64,000 nucleotides of DNA from a virus: positions 1 to 64,000 of IMG/VR virus record IMGVR_UViG_3300037261_000012, one strand, 5' to 3'. Below the pieces are notes generated by a model. It worked only from the letters and a program-made list of their open reading frames with translations. It had not been told where the DNA came from and ran no database searches. This document shows, piece by piece, positions 1 to 9,599 of this stretch. Position numbers and translations under genes: made by a program. Numbering within the stretch: position 1 is the first letter of the stretch; each line of letters starts with the position of its first letter.

Positions 1-183
1 CAGCTAAACAAGCTATGGAGTGTCCGCATAACAATCTTTCTTACGCTGCTGGCGGGGTCTGATCAGATTCTTGGGCTTTTTCAACTGTATATTCCACCTG
101 TGGTTTATTCCTTGCTGGGTATAGCTATCGTTATAACCCGCTTGGTGTATCAACCTAAATTATATGCCAGTGTTAATACCTGA
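1..183 (+). CDS. Holin-like membrane protein (5'-truncated at window edge)
   Basis: Manual frame-1 translation QLNKLWSVRITIFLTLLAG...SLLGIAIVITRLVYQPKL...* has two hydrophobic segments and overlaps the start of the lysozyme gene. Confidence 0.65.
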   Translation, partial: QLNKLWSVRITIFLTLLAGSDQILGLFQLYIPPVVYSLLGIAIVITRLVYQPKLYASVNT

Positions 184-646
184 ACAACATCAGAAGAAGG
201 CTGCGTGGATAACACTTTGTGTGGCGTGTGTAGCTGGCTTCGAAGGCTTGCGTACAAGTACGTACTTCGATGTAGGTGGAATCCCAACAGTATGCTTTGG
301 AGAGACCAAGAATATAAAAGTAGGAGACAAGTTCACACCAGAACAATGCAAGAACATGCTTGGAGACAGGCTGATAAGAGATTTTGGGCCAGGAGTGGAC
401 AAGTGTGTACATCACCCACTCCCTCCACCAAGAAAAGCGGCCTACACCAGCTTTGCATACAATGTTGGTATCAAGGCGTTTTGTGGTTCCACAGCAGCTA
501 GGAAAGAAAATGCAGGAGACATAGAAGGTGCTTGTAATGCCTTGATGTCTTGGAATAAAATACGAGTTGCAGGGGTAATGGTGTATTCCCCTGGATTGAA
601 TAACCGCCGTGAAGAAGAACGGCAACTTTGTCTTACTAAGGAGTGA
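164..646 (+). CDS. Endolysin, GH24 phage lysozyme, probably SAR type
   Basis: E-x8-D-x5-T catalytic triad (FEGLRTSTYFDVGGIPTVCFG), SFAYNVG, GLNNRREEE; weakly hydrophobic N-terminal segment. Confidence 0.92.
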   Translation: MPVLIPEQHQKKAAWITLCVACVAGFEGLRTSTYFDVGGIPTVCFGETKNIKVGDKFTPEQCKNMLGDRLIRDFGPGVDKCVHHPLPPPRKAAYTSFAYNVGIKAFCGSTAARKENAGDIEGACNALMSWNKIRVAGVMVYSPGLNNRREEERQLCLTKE

Positions 647-1257
647 CCATGAATAACGCCCCAAGCAAGCAGCGTGGAGTAATTGCCGCTATTTGGTTGT
701 ACGCCATAGCTGCAATTGCCATTCTAGCTATGTTTACAGCCGCAATCTCTGCCTGGCACAGCTATACCGACGGGTTGGTAAAGAAAGGGCATGATGCTGG
801 TGTTGCAGAGGAAAAAGCCCTGTACCTGGCTAGGGACAACAAACAACTTCGTGATGTTGAAGCAGCCAAGAAAGTGGTAGAAGCAAGGGTAGAAGCACTT
901 GAAGCACAACTTGCCGTATTACAAGCTACGGCCCTACGGAAATACAACCAAGGAGTAAAAGATGAACAAGCTAAAACTAACGCTGCTGTTGCTGCCGCTG
1001 TTGCTGGCACTCTCGTCCTGCGCGACCCAGGAAAAAGTGGAGCCAGCACCCCCTGTAATAGTGTCGATGCCAAAGGCCAAAGCACCTGCGGTACCGGAGG
1101 AAGTGATGGTAAGACGGGAGCCGTCCTTTCAACAGAGGCTGAAGTCTTTCTTCTCCAACTCACAGGAGAAGCCGACGAAGTAGTGAAACAATTAACCTTG
1201 GCTCAAGACGAAATAGACATACTGCAAAAGACTATAAAAGACTTACAAAGTCCATGA
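643..1257 (+). CDS. Rz-like inner-membrane spanin
   Basis: N-terminal TM helix, coiled coil, C-terminal ADEVVKQL; follows the lysozyme and contains a nested lipoprotein ORF. Confidence 0.8.
   Translation: MTMNNAPSKQRGVIAAIWLYAIAAIAILAMFTAAISAWHSYTDGLVKKGHDAGVAEEKALYLARDNKQLRDVEAAKKVVEARVEALEAQLAVLQATALRKYNQGVKDEQAKTNAAVAAAVAGTLVLRDPGKSGASTPCNSVDAKGQSTCGTGGSDGKTGAVLSTEAEVFLLQLTGEADEVVKQLTLAQDEIDILQKTIKDLQSP
962..1183 (+). CDS. Rz1-like outer-membrane lipoprotein spanin nested in Rz (+1 frame)
   Basis: Signal peptide with lipobox LALSS-C, Pro-rich mature part, upstream AGGAG. Confidence 0.8.
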   Translation: MNKLKLTLLLLPLLLALSSCATQEKVEPAPPVIVSMPKAKAPAVPEEVMVRREPSFQQRLKSFFSNSQEKPTK

Positions 1258-1445
1258 CCAGGTGGGAGACTGCCTTGAGTGAGGTAAATAACTTCATTTT
1301 ACACCAGCAAGTTATTGCTTTAGAAACCAAGGTGGATAAGTTGGCAGGGTTCGTCCGTCATAATCTGAACTGCAAGAGCTTAGTGCCAGGAAAAGAAGAA
1401 GGGTACGTTTGCGATTGCGGGTTATGGGATGCCCTTTACAAGTGA
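1254..1445 (+). CDS. Hypothetical protein
   Basis: ATGA-coupled ORF with HxxxC...CDCG. Confidence 0.55.
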   Translation: MTRWETALSEVNNFILHQQVIALETKVDKLAGFVRHNLNCKSLVPGKEEGYVCDCGLWDALYK

Positions 1446-1453
1446 GGGTTAAA

Positions 1454-1714
1454 ATGTCAGACATGAAAGCAAAATTGCAGGTAGGGTTTGTACAAGAACA
1501 GCATTATGGGGCTGGAAAGAGCAAGTCTGGGGAGATGCTTACCATGCACGCTGTAGCAGCCCATGAATACCCAGAAGATGGGCACGATGATGATAACACC
1601 TATGCTAGATGGTCTCCAGGGGCTAACCTTCAGATAAATATCGTGAATCCAGCCCTGTGGGGTAAGTTTGTGGTTGGTGATAAGTATTACGTTGATTTCA
1701 CAAAGGCTGCATGA
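1454..1714 (+). CDS. Hypothetical phage protein
   Basis: GAGG upstream of ATG 1454; ends YYVDFTKAA. Confidence 0.65.
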   Translation: MSDMKAKLQVGFVQEQHYGAGKSKSGEMLTMHAVAAHEYPEDGHDDDNTYARWSPGANLQINIVNPALWGKFVVGDKYYVDFTKAA

Positions 1715-1993
1715 TGTTTTTGCAAGCTGATCAGGAATTAACACAAGTGCCTTTCATGCCTGAAAGGAGAGTACCTCCTGTATTAAAAGACCTTAGTACT
1801 GGGGTATTAAGGCAGGCAAGATCAAAATACAGACACAATGTGTGTGTGTGGAGGGTACACCACTAACTTGTGGGTTTCAAAATCAGATGTAGAAGGGCAA
1901 AAGTTCAACGGAGTTATATACTGTGCAGTTTGTAAAAAGCATAAGCCTATACTGGAATTCAAGTGGATGGATGGAACTACCGTAGGTAATTAA
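1711..1993 (+). pseudogene. Small Cys/His (Zn-binding-like) protein gene frameshifted in a (TG)6 tract at 1839-1850
   Basis: ...RQARSKYRHNVC continues in the +1 frame as GGYTT...YCAVCKKHKPILEFKWMDGTTVGN*; span is 3n+1. Confidence 0.55.
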
Positions 1994-2308
1994 GTGAAAC
2001 TTTCTTCAATAATAGCCGCTCTTGCTTTTCTGCCAGGTTGTGCGTTTGCAACCTATATCTACAATGATCACTATCCATCAACATTAACAACAGTAAAAGT
2101 TGAAATTGAGTGGTTTGATTCTGAGGTAGAGTTAAATGAGATGTGCTGGCGTATTGGGTTGGACAGTCGAAACCATTATACCGGGTGCTCCATAAAGGTT
2201 AAGGATATTGGGTACATATATGTGGTTAAACCAAAAGACTTTAATGATCATTTCAGGTTAGAAGTTCTCGGGCACGAGTTGTATCACATGCTTGGGGCAT
2301 ACCATTGA
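1994..2308 (+). CDS. Secreted HEXXH metallopeptidase-like protein
   Basis: Signal peptide; LGHELYHMLGAYH. Confidence 0.6.
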   Translation: MKLSSIIAALAFLPGCAFATYIYNDHYPSTLTTVKVEIEWFDSEVELNEMCWRIGLDSRNHYTGCSIKVKDIGYIYVVKPKDFNDHFRLEVLGHELYHMLGAYH

Positions 2309-2375
2309 TCGGCACTTACCAGCAAGGTACACTGTTGCCTGAACACTGCAATCAATTGCAATCTGAGGAACGCAC

Positions 2376-4718
2376 ATGAAAATCTACGACTCTCTCAACC
2401 CAACATTTTCCGCAGCCGAAGCACTTGGTGTGGTCACAGTCTCCGCCAACGCCCAAGGTGCCCCTCTTGATCTGGCTCCTGCGACCAGCAATGCCACTCG
2501 TTTGCCGCTGGTTACAGTGCCCAAAAATCTGTATCAGCCTGACCAGAAAAGCTATACCATCACCCCAACAGGAGTACATACCGGGGACACAGTTACCATC
2601 AATGGGCGGGTATTCACGGCCACCGGTAGCACGGCTGACGTGGGCAAGATTGTATTCACTAATAATTTCTCAGTAGCAGATACCGTAACAATAAATGGTG
2701 TGGTTTTCACAGCTATAGATGGTGCCTATGCAACAGGGAAGATTGTCTTCACCGGCAACTTCAGTTTGTGGGATACCATTACCTTGAATGGAAAGGTCTT
2801 TACTGCCATTACTACTGCCGCACCCGCTGTTGGTAAATTGGTATTCACTGGAAATCTGCTTGCTGGAAACACCGTAACAGTAAATGGAAAGGTGTTTACG
2901 GCTGTGGGGATTGCGGCTCCCGCAGTAGGTAAGATTGTATTCACCGGGAACTTCCTGAATGGTGATACGGTTACCTTCAACGGTGTAACTTTTACTTGCC
3001 ATAAAGCAGCCCCATCAGTTGGGAGTATTGCCTTCACTGGGAATATTGCTCCTGGAGAAACAGTAACAGCCAATGGAATAGTATTTACCTGCATGGCATC
3101 AGGTGCAGCCGGTGATCAGTTCAATGTTGGAGCAAGTCTTTCCGTTACGTTGGATAACCTAGTAACTGCCTTGAATGCTCACGTTGGAGCAGCAGTTGAT
3201 TTCGCTACTTGGAGCAAAACTGGAGGTAATGCAGCGGTCACTGGAACGTCTGATACCAATGACGCAACCCAGAATGGTCGTACCTTCAGTTCTACTGCCT
3301 CACCAGCCCCAACTATCACGGCCTTTGCTAATGGTGTGACTGCTGCCAGTGGTGAACTTCAGTTTGACTGGGATACAACTTTATCTCTGTCTTTGGATGC
3401 CTTAGTCACCAAGCTACAGGCTTGCAGTGATGTTCTTATTTCATATGCGACATACACCAAAACAGATACCAATACAGCAGTAACTAGCACTTCTGACACA
3501 AATAACAGTGCTCAGAATGGGTTGGTATTTACTAGCACGCACGCTACTGTGGTGGTGACTGCCCCTGTTGGTGGAGTAAGTGCCCCGGCAGGTGAATTCC
3601 AGTTTGCGATTGACACCACACTTAGTCTGTCGATAGATAATCTGAATACAGCCTTGAATGGGTGTACAGATGTTGCTGTATCTTATGCAACATACAGCAA
3701 GACCGATGGCAATACAGCAGTTACATCCACTTCAGATACAAATAACAAAGTTCATAACGGGGTGGCTTACCCAGGTGGAACAATTGTTCTTGCTAGTAAC
3801 CACAGCACTGTAGTCATTACCCAGCCTTCTGGGGGAACGGCAGCAGCTACAGGTGAATTTGAATTCACTATTGCTGGAAGCCTGTCCCTGTCTTTGGACG
3901 CCCTGGTGATTGTGTGTAATGCTTGTACTGATCCCTTGATTACCTATGCTACATATGACAAGTCTGATACCAATACTTCTCTTAGGAGCATAGCTGATAC
4001 ACATGGTACGGCTTACAATACTCCAACTGTTGTGTTTAGCTCTACACACTCAACTGTGGTGGTGACTCAACCAGTTGGTGGAGTAGATGATACAGATGGA
4101 AGTGCTGCTCAATTTGATGTTAAGGCAACCCTGGCTCTGACTTTGGCGGCTTTAGCAGCAAAATTGACTGCCAGCGTTGTTGCAGCAGTGGCCATCGCTG
4201 ATTACACGGTTACTGATGGAGATACTGCCATAACAGTCACCTTAAATCGCTTGCGCGGGTCTGCCGGTGATGCAATTGTATTAGCAAGTAATCATAGTAC
4301 AGTGGTTGTGACTCAGCCAACTGGAGGTTCAGATACCACTGCATACAACACCACAACCTTCTGCACAGGAGCACCATCTGATGCTGAGACTGCTGCAAAC
4401 CTGAATTCAGCAATAAATACTTGGAAAGCCAATGCAGGGGCGGCATTCCAGCTACATGATGGTAAAGTAGCCATGACAGCCACCAATGTAGCTTCTTCAG
4501 GCGCTGCTGTTACTACTTTTGATCTTCAAGTTAGTACTGATGGGGTTAATTACATCCAGCACCCTGAAGGAAGTAACCCAACTCTATCCTTGAATCAAAC
4601 ACCTGGTGAAACAAAGACCACACCTATGTATACAGCCTACCCATTCGTTCGGGCTAAGTGCCTGACTAAAACAGGAACCAACGCAGAAGCACAAGCGTAT
4701 ATTGCAACAGCCATATAA
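2376..4718 (+). CDS. Virion-type structural protein with six nested repeat domains
   Basis: T/A/G/V-rich; six GKIVFTGN..GDTVT.NG.VFT segments followed by six QF....LSLSLD.L...LNA.....ATY segments; C-terminal LQVSTDGVNY...PFVR. Confidence 0.75.
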   Translation: MKIYDSLNPTFSAAEALGVVTVSANAQGAPLDLAPATSNATRLPLVTVPKNLYQPDQKSYTITPTGVHTGDTVTINGRVFTATGSTADVGKIVFTNNFSVADTVTINGVVFTAIDGAYATGKIVFTGNFSLWDTITLNGKVFTAITTAAPAVGKLVFTGNLLAGNTVTVNGKVFTAVGIAAPAVGKIVFTGNFLNGDTVTFNGVTFTCHKAAPSVGSIAFTGNIAPGETVTANGIVFTCMASGAAGDQFNVGASLSVTLDNLVTALNAHVGAAVDFATWSKTGGNAAVTGTSDTNDATQNGRTFSSTASPAPTITAFANGVTAASGELQFDWDTTLSLSLDALVTKLQACSDVLISYATYTKTDTNTAVTSTSDTNNSAQNGLVFTSTHATVVVTAPVGGVSAPAGEFQFAIDTTLSLSIDNLNTALNGCTDVAVSYATYSKTDGNTAVTSTSDTNNKVHNGVAYPGGTIVLASNHSTVVITQPSGGTAAATGEFEFTIAGSLSLSLDALVIVCNACTDPLITYATYDKSDTNTSLRSIADTHGTAYNTPTVVFSSTHSTVVVTQPVGGVDDTDGSAAQFDVKATLALTLAALAAKLTASVVAAVAIADYTVTDGDTAITVTLNRLRGSAGDAIVLASNHSTVVVTQPTGGSDTTAYNTTTFCTGAPSDAETAANLNSAINTWKANAGAAFQLHDGKVAMTATNVASSGAAVTTFDLQVSTDGVNYIQHPEGSNPTLSLNQTPGETKTTPMYTAYPFVRAKCLTKTGTNAEAQAYIATAI

Positions 4719-4727
4719 GGAGTACGT

Positions 4728-5078
4728 ATGAAGGCAGCACTGAAGGTAGTGAAGGTTGAGAATTTTTATGACGTGGCTAGTGGAAATCGAAGCTCCAGGG
4801 TGATCCTGGAGTCCACAGCCAAATCTCTAACGGCAATAGGGCCAAAACCTGAGACCAGGGTGGAGATTACCGTAAAAGGAAATACCGGCATTGATATGAC
4901 CAGGATTAAAGATTACGTTATAACCTTGGTTTCAAATGAAGACCTACTGAAGGCCGAGGCCGAGGTCAAGGCAGAGCCAAAGGCTAATAATGGGCCTGCG
5001 AACTTTCTCGATGGAGGGGAAATAATCCCTCTAAATGGTGGGGTGAGCATATCCTCAGAACAGCTTCGGGGCCTGTGA
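4728..5078 (+). CDS. Hypothetical protein
   Basis: AAGGAG RBS; 116-aa ORF. Confidence 0.65.
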   Translation: MKAALKVVKVENFYDVASGNRSSRVILESTAKSLTAIGPKPETRVEITVKGNTGIDMTRIKDYVITLVSNEDLLKAEAEVKAEPKANNGPANFLDGGEIIPLNGGVSISSEQLRGL

Positions 5079-5488
5079 TGTTGCTACAGGCTGAACGAGA
5101 GCAGTGCATAAGAGCAGCAGTGTTACATGGTGTAGTAGATGATGACTCTCTACGGTCGGCCCTTGACGATGCTGATGACCTTCTGGAGAGTCTAGTTAAT
5201 ATCTCTCTGGCTTTCCACCATAAAGTGGCGTTGATTGGCCTGGCTGCTGATGTTCTGCGTGGAAGGGTAGATGGTGATCTTGAAGGTAGTAAGTTGATTG
5301 ACCTTCTTAATCAAGGACAGCTTCAACTGGCTGCTGCGGAATTTCAGAACTGGTGTAGGGTGGATGGATGCATGGTACTGTCCATGTATCAAAAACGTCT
5401 GGATGAGATGAGGGTGTTCCAAGGGGATTGTAATGATCTCCACAAGTGGGCTACCGGCCACGGTAAAAAAGAACTGTTCAATAGTTAG
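5075..5488 (+). CDS. Degenerate GH24 lysozyme-like protein lacking the catalytic N-terminal lobe
   Basis: SKLIDLLNQGQLQLAAAEFQNWCRVDG...QKRLDEMRVF resembles the lysozyme C-terminus; no E-x8-D-x5-T triad. Confidence 0.55.
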   Translation: MMLLQAEREQCIRAAVLHGVVDDDSLRSALDDADDLLESLVNISLAFHHKVALIGLAADVLRGRVDGDLEGSKLIDLLNQGQLQLAAAEFQNWCRVDGCMVLSMYQKRLDEMRVFQGDCNDLHKWATGHGKKELFNS

Positions 5489-5556
5489 AAAGGGCTTGAC
5501 AGTCCGGCAAATTGTGTTATACTTTGCAATCAAGTGCAGTAAGCAATGGAGTGGTT

Positions 5557-6732
5557 ATGTTCGAATTGTCTTACAAATCCCATATTCCCATTATCGGCGT
5601 GCAAACAGATGACGTTGTGAATGTTGAGGCTGTGTTGCAAACAATCACGGGAATGAAGACCCAACCTTTCCCGAAGGTGAAGATGGGGCAACTTGGGCCG
5701 TATCTATATTGGACTCAGGACATAGAGGTAGTCACTGCCGATAATTATAAGAATCTGGTGAAAACTGAGCATCAATTGGTGGTGATCAATTGCCATCATA
5801 ATTCACTGGTATTCGAAACAGGGCCATTGCTTACACCAAAATCAATGATCACGGCATATCTGGAAGACTTTGCCGAGGCTGAAAAGATACCCCACTTGCT
5901 GGAGGTTCTGAAAGGATTAAGCCTGAAGACTGCTAGTGAGATTGTGCAGCTAACCATGGCCAGTACTGGAGGAATCCTACCACAGGATGTGCGTAGAACC
6001 AGAACCAGATTGTCTGTTGGTGTTCGTGGATTACTGCCGTTGGATACGGAAATGGATTTCTACATCATGCCTCCGGTGTTGAAACAGTGGATTGACCTTA
6101 ACACCAAGTTCTTCCTGGATGACACTACACCATACCAGCTTCGCCCTAGAGGTCTGATGATGGCTGGTGAACGCGGCGTCGGCAAAACGATGGGTGCACG
6201 GGCAATAGCTTCAGCTTGGAATATCCCGTTGTACCGTTTGAATATTCCTACATCACTGGATAAGTACATAGGGGTATCCGAAGGGCGCATTGAGGACAGC
6301 CTGCTGCTGCTTGAGCGCGAAGCTCCATGCGTTGTTTTACTGGATGAGGTCGAAAAAATCTTCACCGGAAGTGATGAAAGTGGAGTAACTAAAAGAATAT
6401 TGAGCCAACTACTGTGGTGGTTGGCCGAGCACAGAAGCAAGGTTATTACGGTAATGACCACCAACGACCTGAAAAGCCTGCCCTCAGAGCTATACAGGGA
6501 AGGAAGGTTGGATAAGGTATTGCAGTTACCAATGCTTACCACGGCTGAATCAAAGGTCTTTGGTGTGGAAGTCTACAAGGGTGTTACTGGTTTTACCACC
6601 GTTGGCATGAAGGTTCAGAATTCCATAAGAAGTGCCGTGGAAGATGTTAATGCTCAGAATATGAGCCACGCTGAAGTATCAGGATTGGTGTATAACCTGA
6701 TCAAAAACCATCCATGGATGTTAGGAAAATAG
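5557..6732 (+). CDS. AAA+ ATPase (Ycf46-like)
   Basis: Walker A GERGVGKT, Walker B VLLDEVEK, TTN sensor, LPSELYREGRLD; start chosen at the ATG after the GGAG RBS. Confidence 0.88.
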   Translation: MFELSYKSHIPIIGVQTDDVVNVEAVLQTITGMKTQPFPKVKMGQLGPYLYWTQDIEVVTADNYKNLVKTEHQLVVINCHHNSLVFETGPLLTPKSMITAYLEDFAEAEKIPHLLEVLKGLSLKTASEIVQLTMASTGGILPQDVRRTRTRLSVGVRGLLPLDTEMDFYIMPPVLKQWIDLNTKFFLDDTTPYQLRPRGLMMAGERGVGKTMGARAIASAWNIPLYRLNIPTSLDKYIGVSEGRIEDSLLLLEREAPCVVLLDEVEKIFTGSDESGVTKRILSQLLWWLAEHRSKVITVMTTNDLKSLPSELYREGRLDKVLQLPMLTTAESKVFGVEVYKGVTGFTTVGMKVQNSIRSAVEDVNAQNMSHAEVSGLVYNLIKNHPWMLGK

Positions 6733-6814
6733 TTCAGAAAGTACTTGACAGACTGACTGAATGTGGTAAAATTGGTATGAATAACCCGATAAACAACGCA
6801 AAGGAGTTGCACGC

Positions 6815-7330
6815 ATGAAGCAGTTCAGAGGAACAGGTGACTTTTACACGGTAGTTGCGGAAGATGAAGGCATTGCACTTGGTTGTCGCGTAACTATCTC
6901 TAATATGGAGACCATTACTGTACGTTTTGCAGCAGCCATCCAGGCTATCAAGACAGCCCCAACAAAGGAACCTCAGCATTTTGGATGTAGGCACAAAACA
7001 GCCTTCATTGGTGATGATCATGAGCCACACTTTGGGTGGAACTTGGACAAGACGGACATCCCGGTGTTCGAAGACCCGGCTACCATAGCGGACTGGCAGG
7101 CCGCGCAGGCTACCAACAACATCACCACCACGGTCGTAGGATGGATCATCGAACAGGTCAAGCTTGGTGGATTCACCATTACGAACTCCACCAAGGAGAC
7201 TGTGCTGGATATGGTTACCAGGGCGTTCCCGGTGCTGAAGGTGAAATTCGTTAAGCCCAAGAACATCTTCAACGAGCTGAAGATCACCGACAAGGCTATC
7301 TCTGATGATACAGGGGCAGCAGAGGAATAA
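6815..7330 (+). CDS. Hypothetical protein
   Basis: Promoter and AAGGAG RBS upstream. Confidence 0.7.
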   Translation: MKQFRGTGDFYTVVAEDEGIALGCRVTISNMETITVRFAAAIQAIKTAPTKEPQHFGCRHKTAFIGDDHEPHFGWNLDKTDIPVFEDPATIADWQAAQATNNITTTVVGWIIEQVKLGGFTITNSTKETVLDMVTRAFPVLKVKFVKPKNIFNELKITDKAISDDTGAAEE

Positions 7331-7372
7331 TCTTACCGCAGTAAAACTGAAGTAACTTACAAGGAGATTGGA

Positions 7373-7975
7373 ATGCAAGCAACAGGGAATTTTCGTACTA
7401 CCAGCCGTGGCACTCCAGAAGTAATCGACGGACGTACCACCAACCAGTCCTACATGATCATCGCAGCCTTGGCAGCAGCAGCGTCATGGAATGCCGTGGT
7501 TGCTATGGACGCAAAACACAACGGCAACGCTCATAGCATCAAGATGAAGTTCTACCCAACCGCCGACTTCTTCCTCAATGAGGATATGATGAGAGAGCAA
7601 TTCGGTGCTCATGACTGGCGCAACCGTTACCCTGGGGATAGGGATTTCCCAGGCGCGGGTTACCAGCGTTTCTACCTGACCAAGGAGAACCTGGTGAAGT
7701 TCATGGAATGGATGTGGGATCAACCACAGTTTGTCGTCGCTCCGGTGAAGCTGGCGTTCGAGAAGCTCGGCTACACCCTACCCGGAAACCAGACCTTCGA
7801 CTTCGACAGCAAAGGCAGGCGCTTCAGCTTGGTCGCCGAGGATGACCCGCGCCAACACGCGCACTACAAGAAACTGGCCAGGGCGTTGAACAAGAACCCG
7901 AAACCAACATTGCCGCCGACTGCGACTGAAAAGCAAGGTCGTCACTTCAAGACAGCCGGGGAAATGGCCAGCTAA
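7373..7975 (+). CDS. Hypothetical protein
   Basis: AAGGAG RBS; biased codon usage. Confidence 0.7.
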   Translation: MQATGNFRTTSRGTPEVIDGRTTNQSYMIIAALAAAASWNAVVAMDAKHNGNAHSIKMKFYPTADFFLNEDMMREQFGAHDWRNRYPGDRDFPGAGYQRFYLTKENLVKFMEWMWDQPQFVVAPVKLAFEKLGYTLPGNQTFDFDSKGRRFSLVAEDDPRQHAHYKKLARALNKNPKPTLPPTATEKQGRHFKTAGEMAS

Positions 7976-8982
7976 TGCCATGGAAAAAGGCCGTTGCTGA
8001 TTGCACGGCCACTGGAATCAAGCGGGAGTACAAGCTGGTCACTGGAGATTGGAACAGTGCCAGCCTACTCTCGCAAATCATTTACTGGCGTTCTGATGGT
8101 TCAGACGGTACGCCAAGAGCAAAAGTTTGGAGACAGAACAGATTTTGGGTAGCAGACCCCATTAAAAAATGGACGGATTCCTGCATGATAACAGACGCCG
8201 AGTATAGACGGAGCGCAAAGTTATTAGTAGACCGTGGGCTGGTAGTAACAGCCGTATTCAAGTTTCGTGGCATTAACTGCGTTCATTTCTCCATAGAGGA
8301 TGAATCTCTTGCCAACGCACTTGCTGCTGCAATTTCTGGTAATCCTCCTAAAGTGGTTAATTCACATTTTACAAAATGCGATATTAACAGTTCTCAAAAT
8401 GCGAATACAGCAGTTTCTTATACTACTGATTCTGCTTTAGATTCTGCTTTAGATTCTAAAACAGCGATTGACATCGCGGAGACAAGTGTGGATGCCCAAG
8501 AGACCTTAAAAGCTCATAAGGAAAAGCAAACCCAAGTACTACCAGGGGCTAGCTTGGCATTCCTATGGAAGAAGCGTTATACCACGATTTATGGGGGTTT
8601 CATAAAAGGGTTTACACAGAAAGAAATGGGGCAGTTCAAGAAGCTGCGGGAAGCCCTTGGGGAAAACGGTGCGCCAGTTATTGAGTATGTACTGGCAAAC
8701 TGGGGAAAATTCGCTTATAAGGTGGCAGGGGACAAAGGTATACACAATACACCTGAAAAGCCTGTTGTGGGCTTTGTCCTAGCCCATTATGATGTGGCAC
8801 TGCAATTGATTGCAGAACCTAATGTGCCCCACCCAACATACAAGCCAAAACAAGTTGTGTACACTGTGGCACCTGCTACCGAATCCCCGGTTAAAGGTTT
8901 AGAAGAGCCTGCGTTCTCCACGGAACAAATTAAATTGGTGGAGCATTTCAAGGCAAAAGCCGACGCCGCAAAGGAGTTGTGA
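7975..8982 (+). CDS. Replication initiator-like protein (N-terminal winged HTH)
   Basis: LLSQIIYW...W...LLVDRGLV wHTH pattern; internal iteron-like repeats; upstream of DnaC-like and DnaB genes. Confidence 0.6.
   Translation: MPWKKAVADCTATGIKREYKLVTGDWNSASLLSQIIYWRSDGSDGTPRAKVWRQNRFWVADPIKKWTDSCMITDAEYRRSAKLLVDRGLVVTAVFKFRGINCVHFSIEDESLANALAAAISGNPPKVVNSHFTKCDINSSQNANTAVSYTTDSALDSALDSKTAIDIAETSVDAQETLKAHKEKQTQVLPGASLAFLWKKRYTTIYGGFIKGFTQKEMGQFKKLREALGENGAPVIEYVLANWGKFAYKVAGDKGIHNTPEKPVVGFVLAHYDVALQLIAEPNVPHPTYKPKQVVYTVAPATESPVKGLEEPAFSTEQIKLVEHFKAKADAAKEL
8365..8458. repeat. Putative replication origin repeats inside the initiator gene
   Basis: CAAAATGCGA x2 and GATTCTGCTTTA x2.5 (8428-8458) in an AT-rich stretch. 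Confidence 0.4.
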
Positions 8983-9587
8983 TGGCTGATAAGATAGAGG
9001 TCACAAAGACAGTAAAGACTGTGGACACTCATATTGTAGAAACTACCTCTACAGTGGAAACTACTTCCATGTTGGACGCGGTGGAACATAAGAGGATTAT
9101 CTCCGACATGGAACACGTTCTTACCACGGCAAACCTGCCTGAAAAGTACCTGCACGAAAGCATGATTCCTCATTGCCACTCAACGGAAGTTAATTGGGTA
9201 CGGAATTTCCGTGCTTTCAGAAAGACCCATGCTGGTCTGATAATAATCGGTGGGGACGACCCGGAAACCAGATGTCATGCAATTTGTGGGGCGCTTATCA
9301 GAAACTTCATTGACGCTAGGATAATCACGTTGAACACCGTGATTGAGAATATGGACACTGGAGATATACCAAACCCAACGGTATTGATCATGCCTAATTT
9401 GTTTGTTGAAATGCATGGTAAGGGTCTAACAAGCTGGCAAACACAAGGTATGTATGACGTGTTTCTTGCAAGATACTCCTCTAGACGCCCGAGCATAATG
9501 TACGTCCAATCAATGGAAAAGCTTGAAAAAGCCTATGGGTCGGTATTTGCTGGCCATCTAAACACTCACTACTGCTTTTCCTTATAA
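8979..9587 (+). CDS. Degenerate DnaC/IstB-like helicase loader
   Basis: ANLPEKY, GLIIIG (eroded Walker A), YDVFLARY..RRPSI; lies between initiator and helicase. Confidence 0.55.
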   Translation: MMADKIEVTKTVKTVDTHIVETTSTVETTSMLDAVEHKRIISDMEHVLTTANLPEKYLHESMIPHCHSTEVNWVRNFRAFRKTHAGLIIIGGDDPETRCHAICGALIRNFIDARIITLNTVIENMDTGDIPNPTVLIMPNLFVEMHGKGLTSWQTQGMYDVFLARYSSRRPSIMYVQSMEKLEKAYGSVFAGHLNTHYCFSL

Positions 9588-9599
9588 GAGAAATAAACT

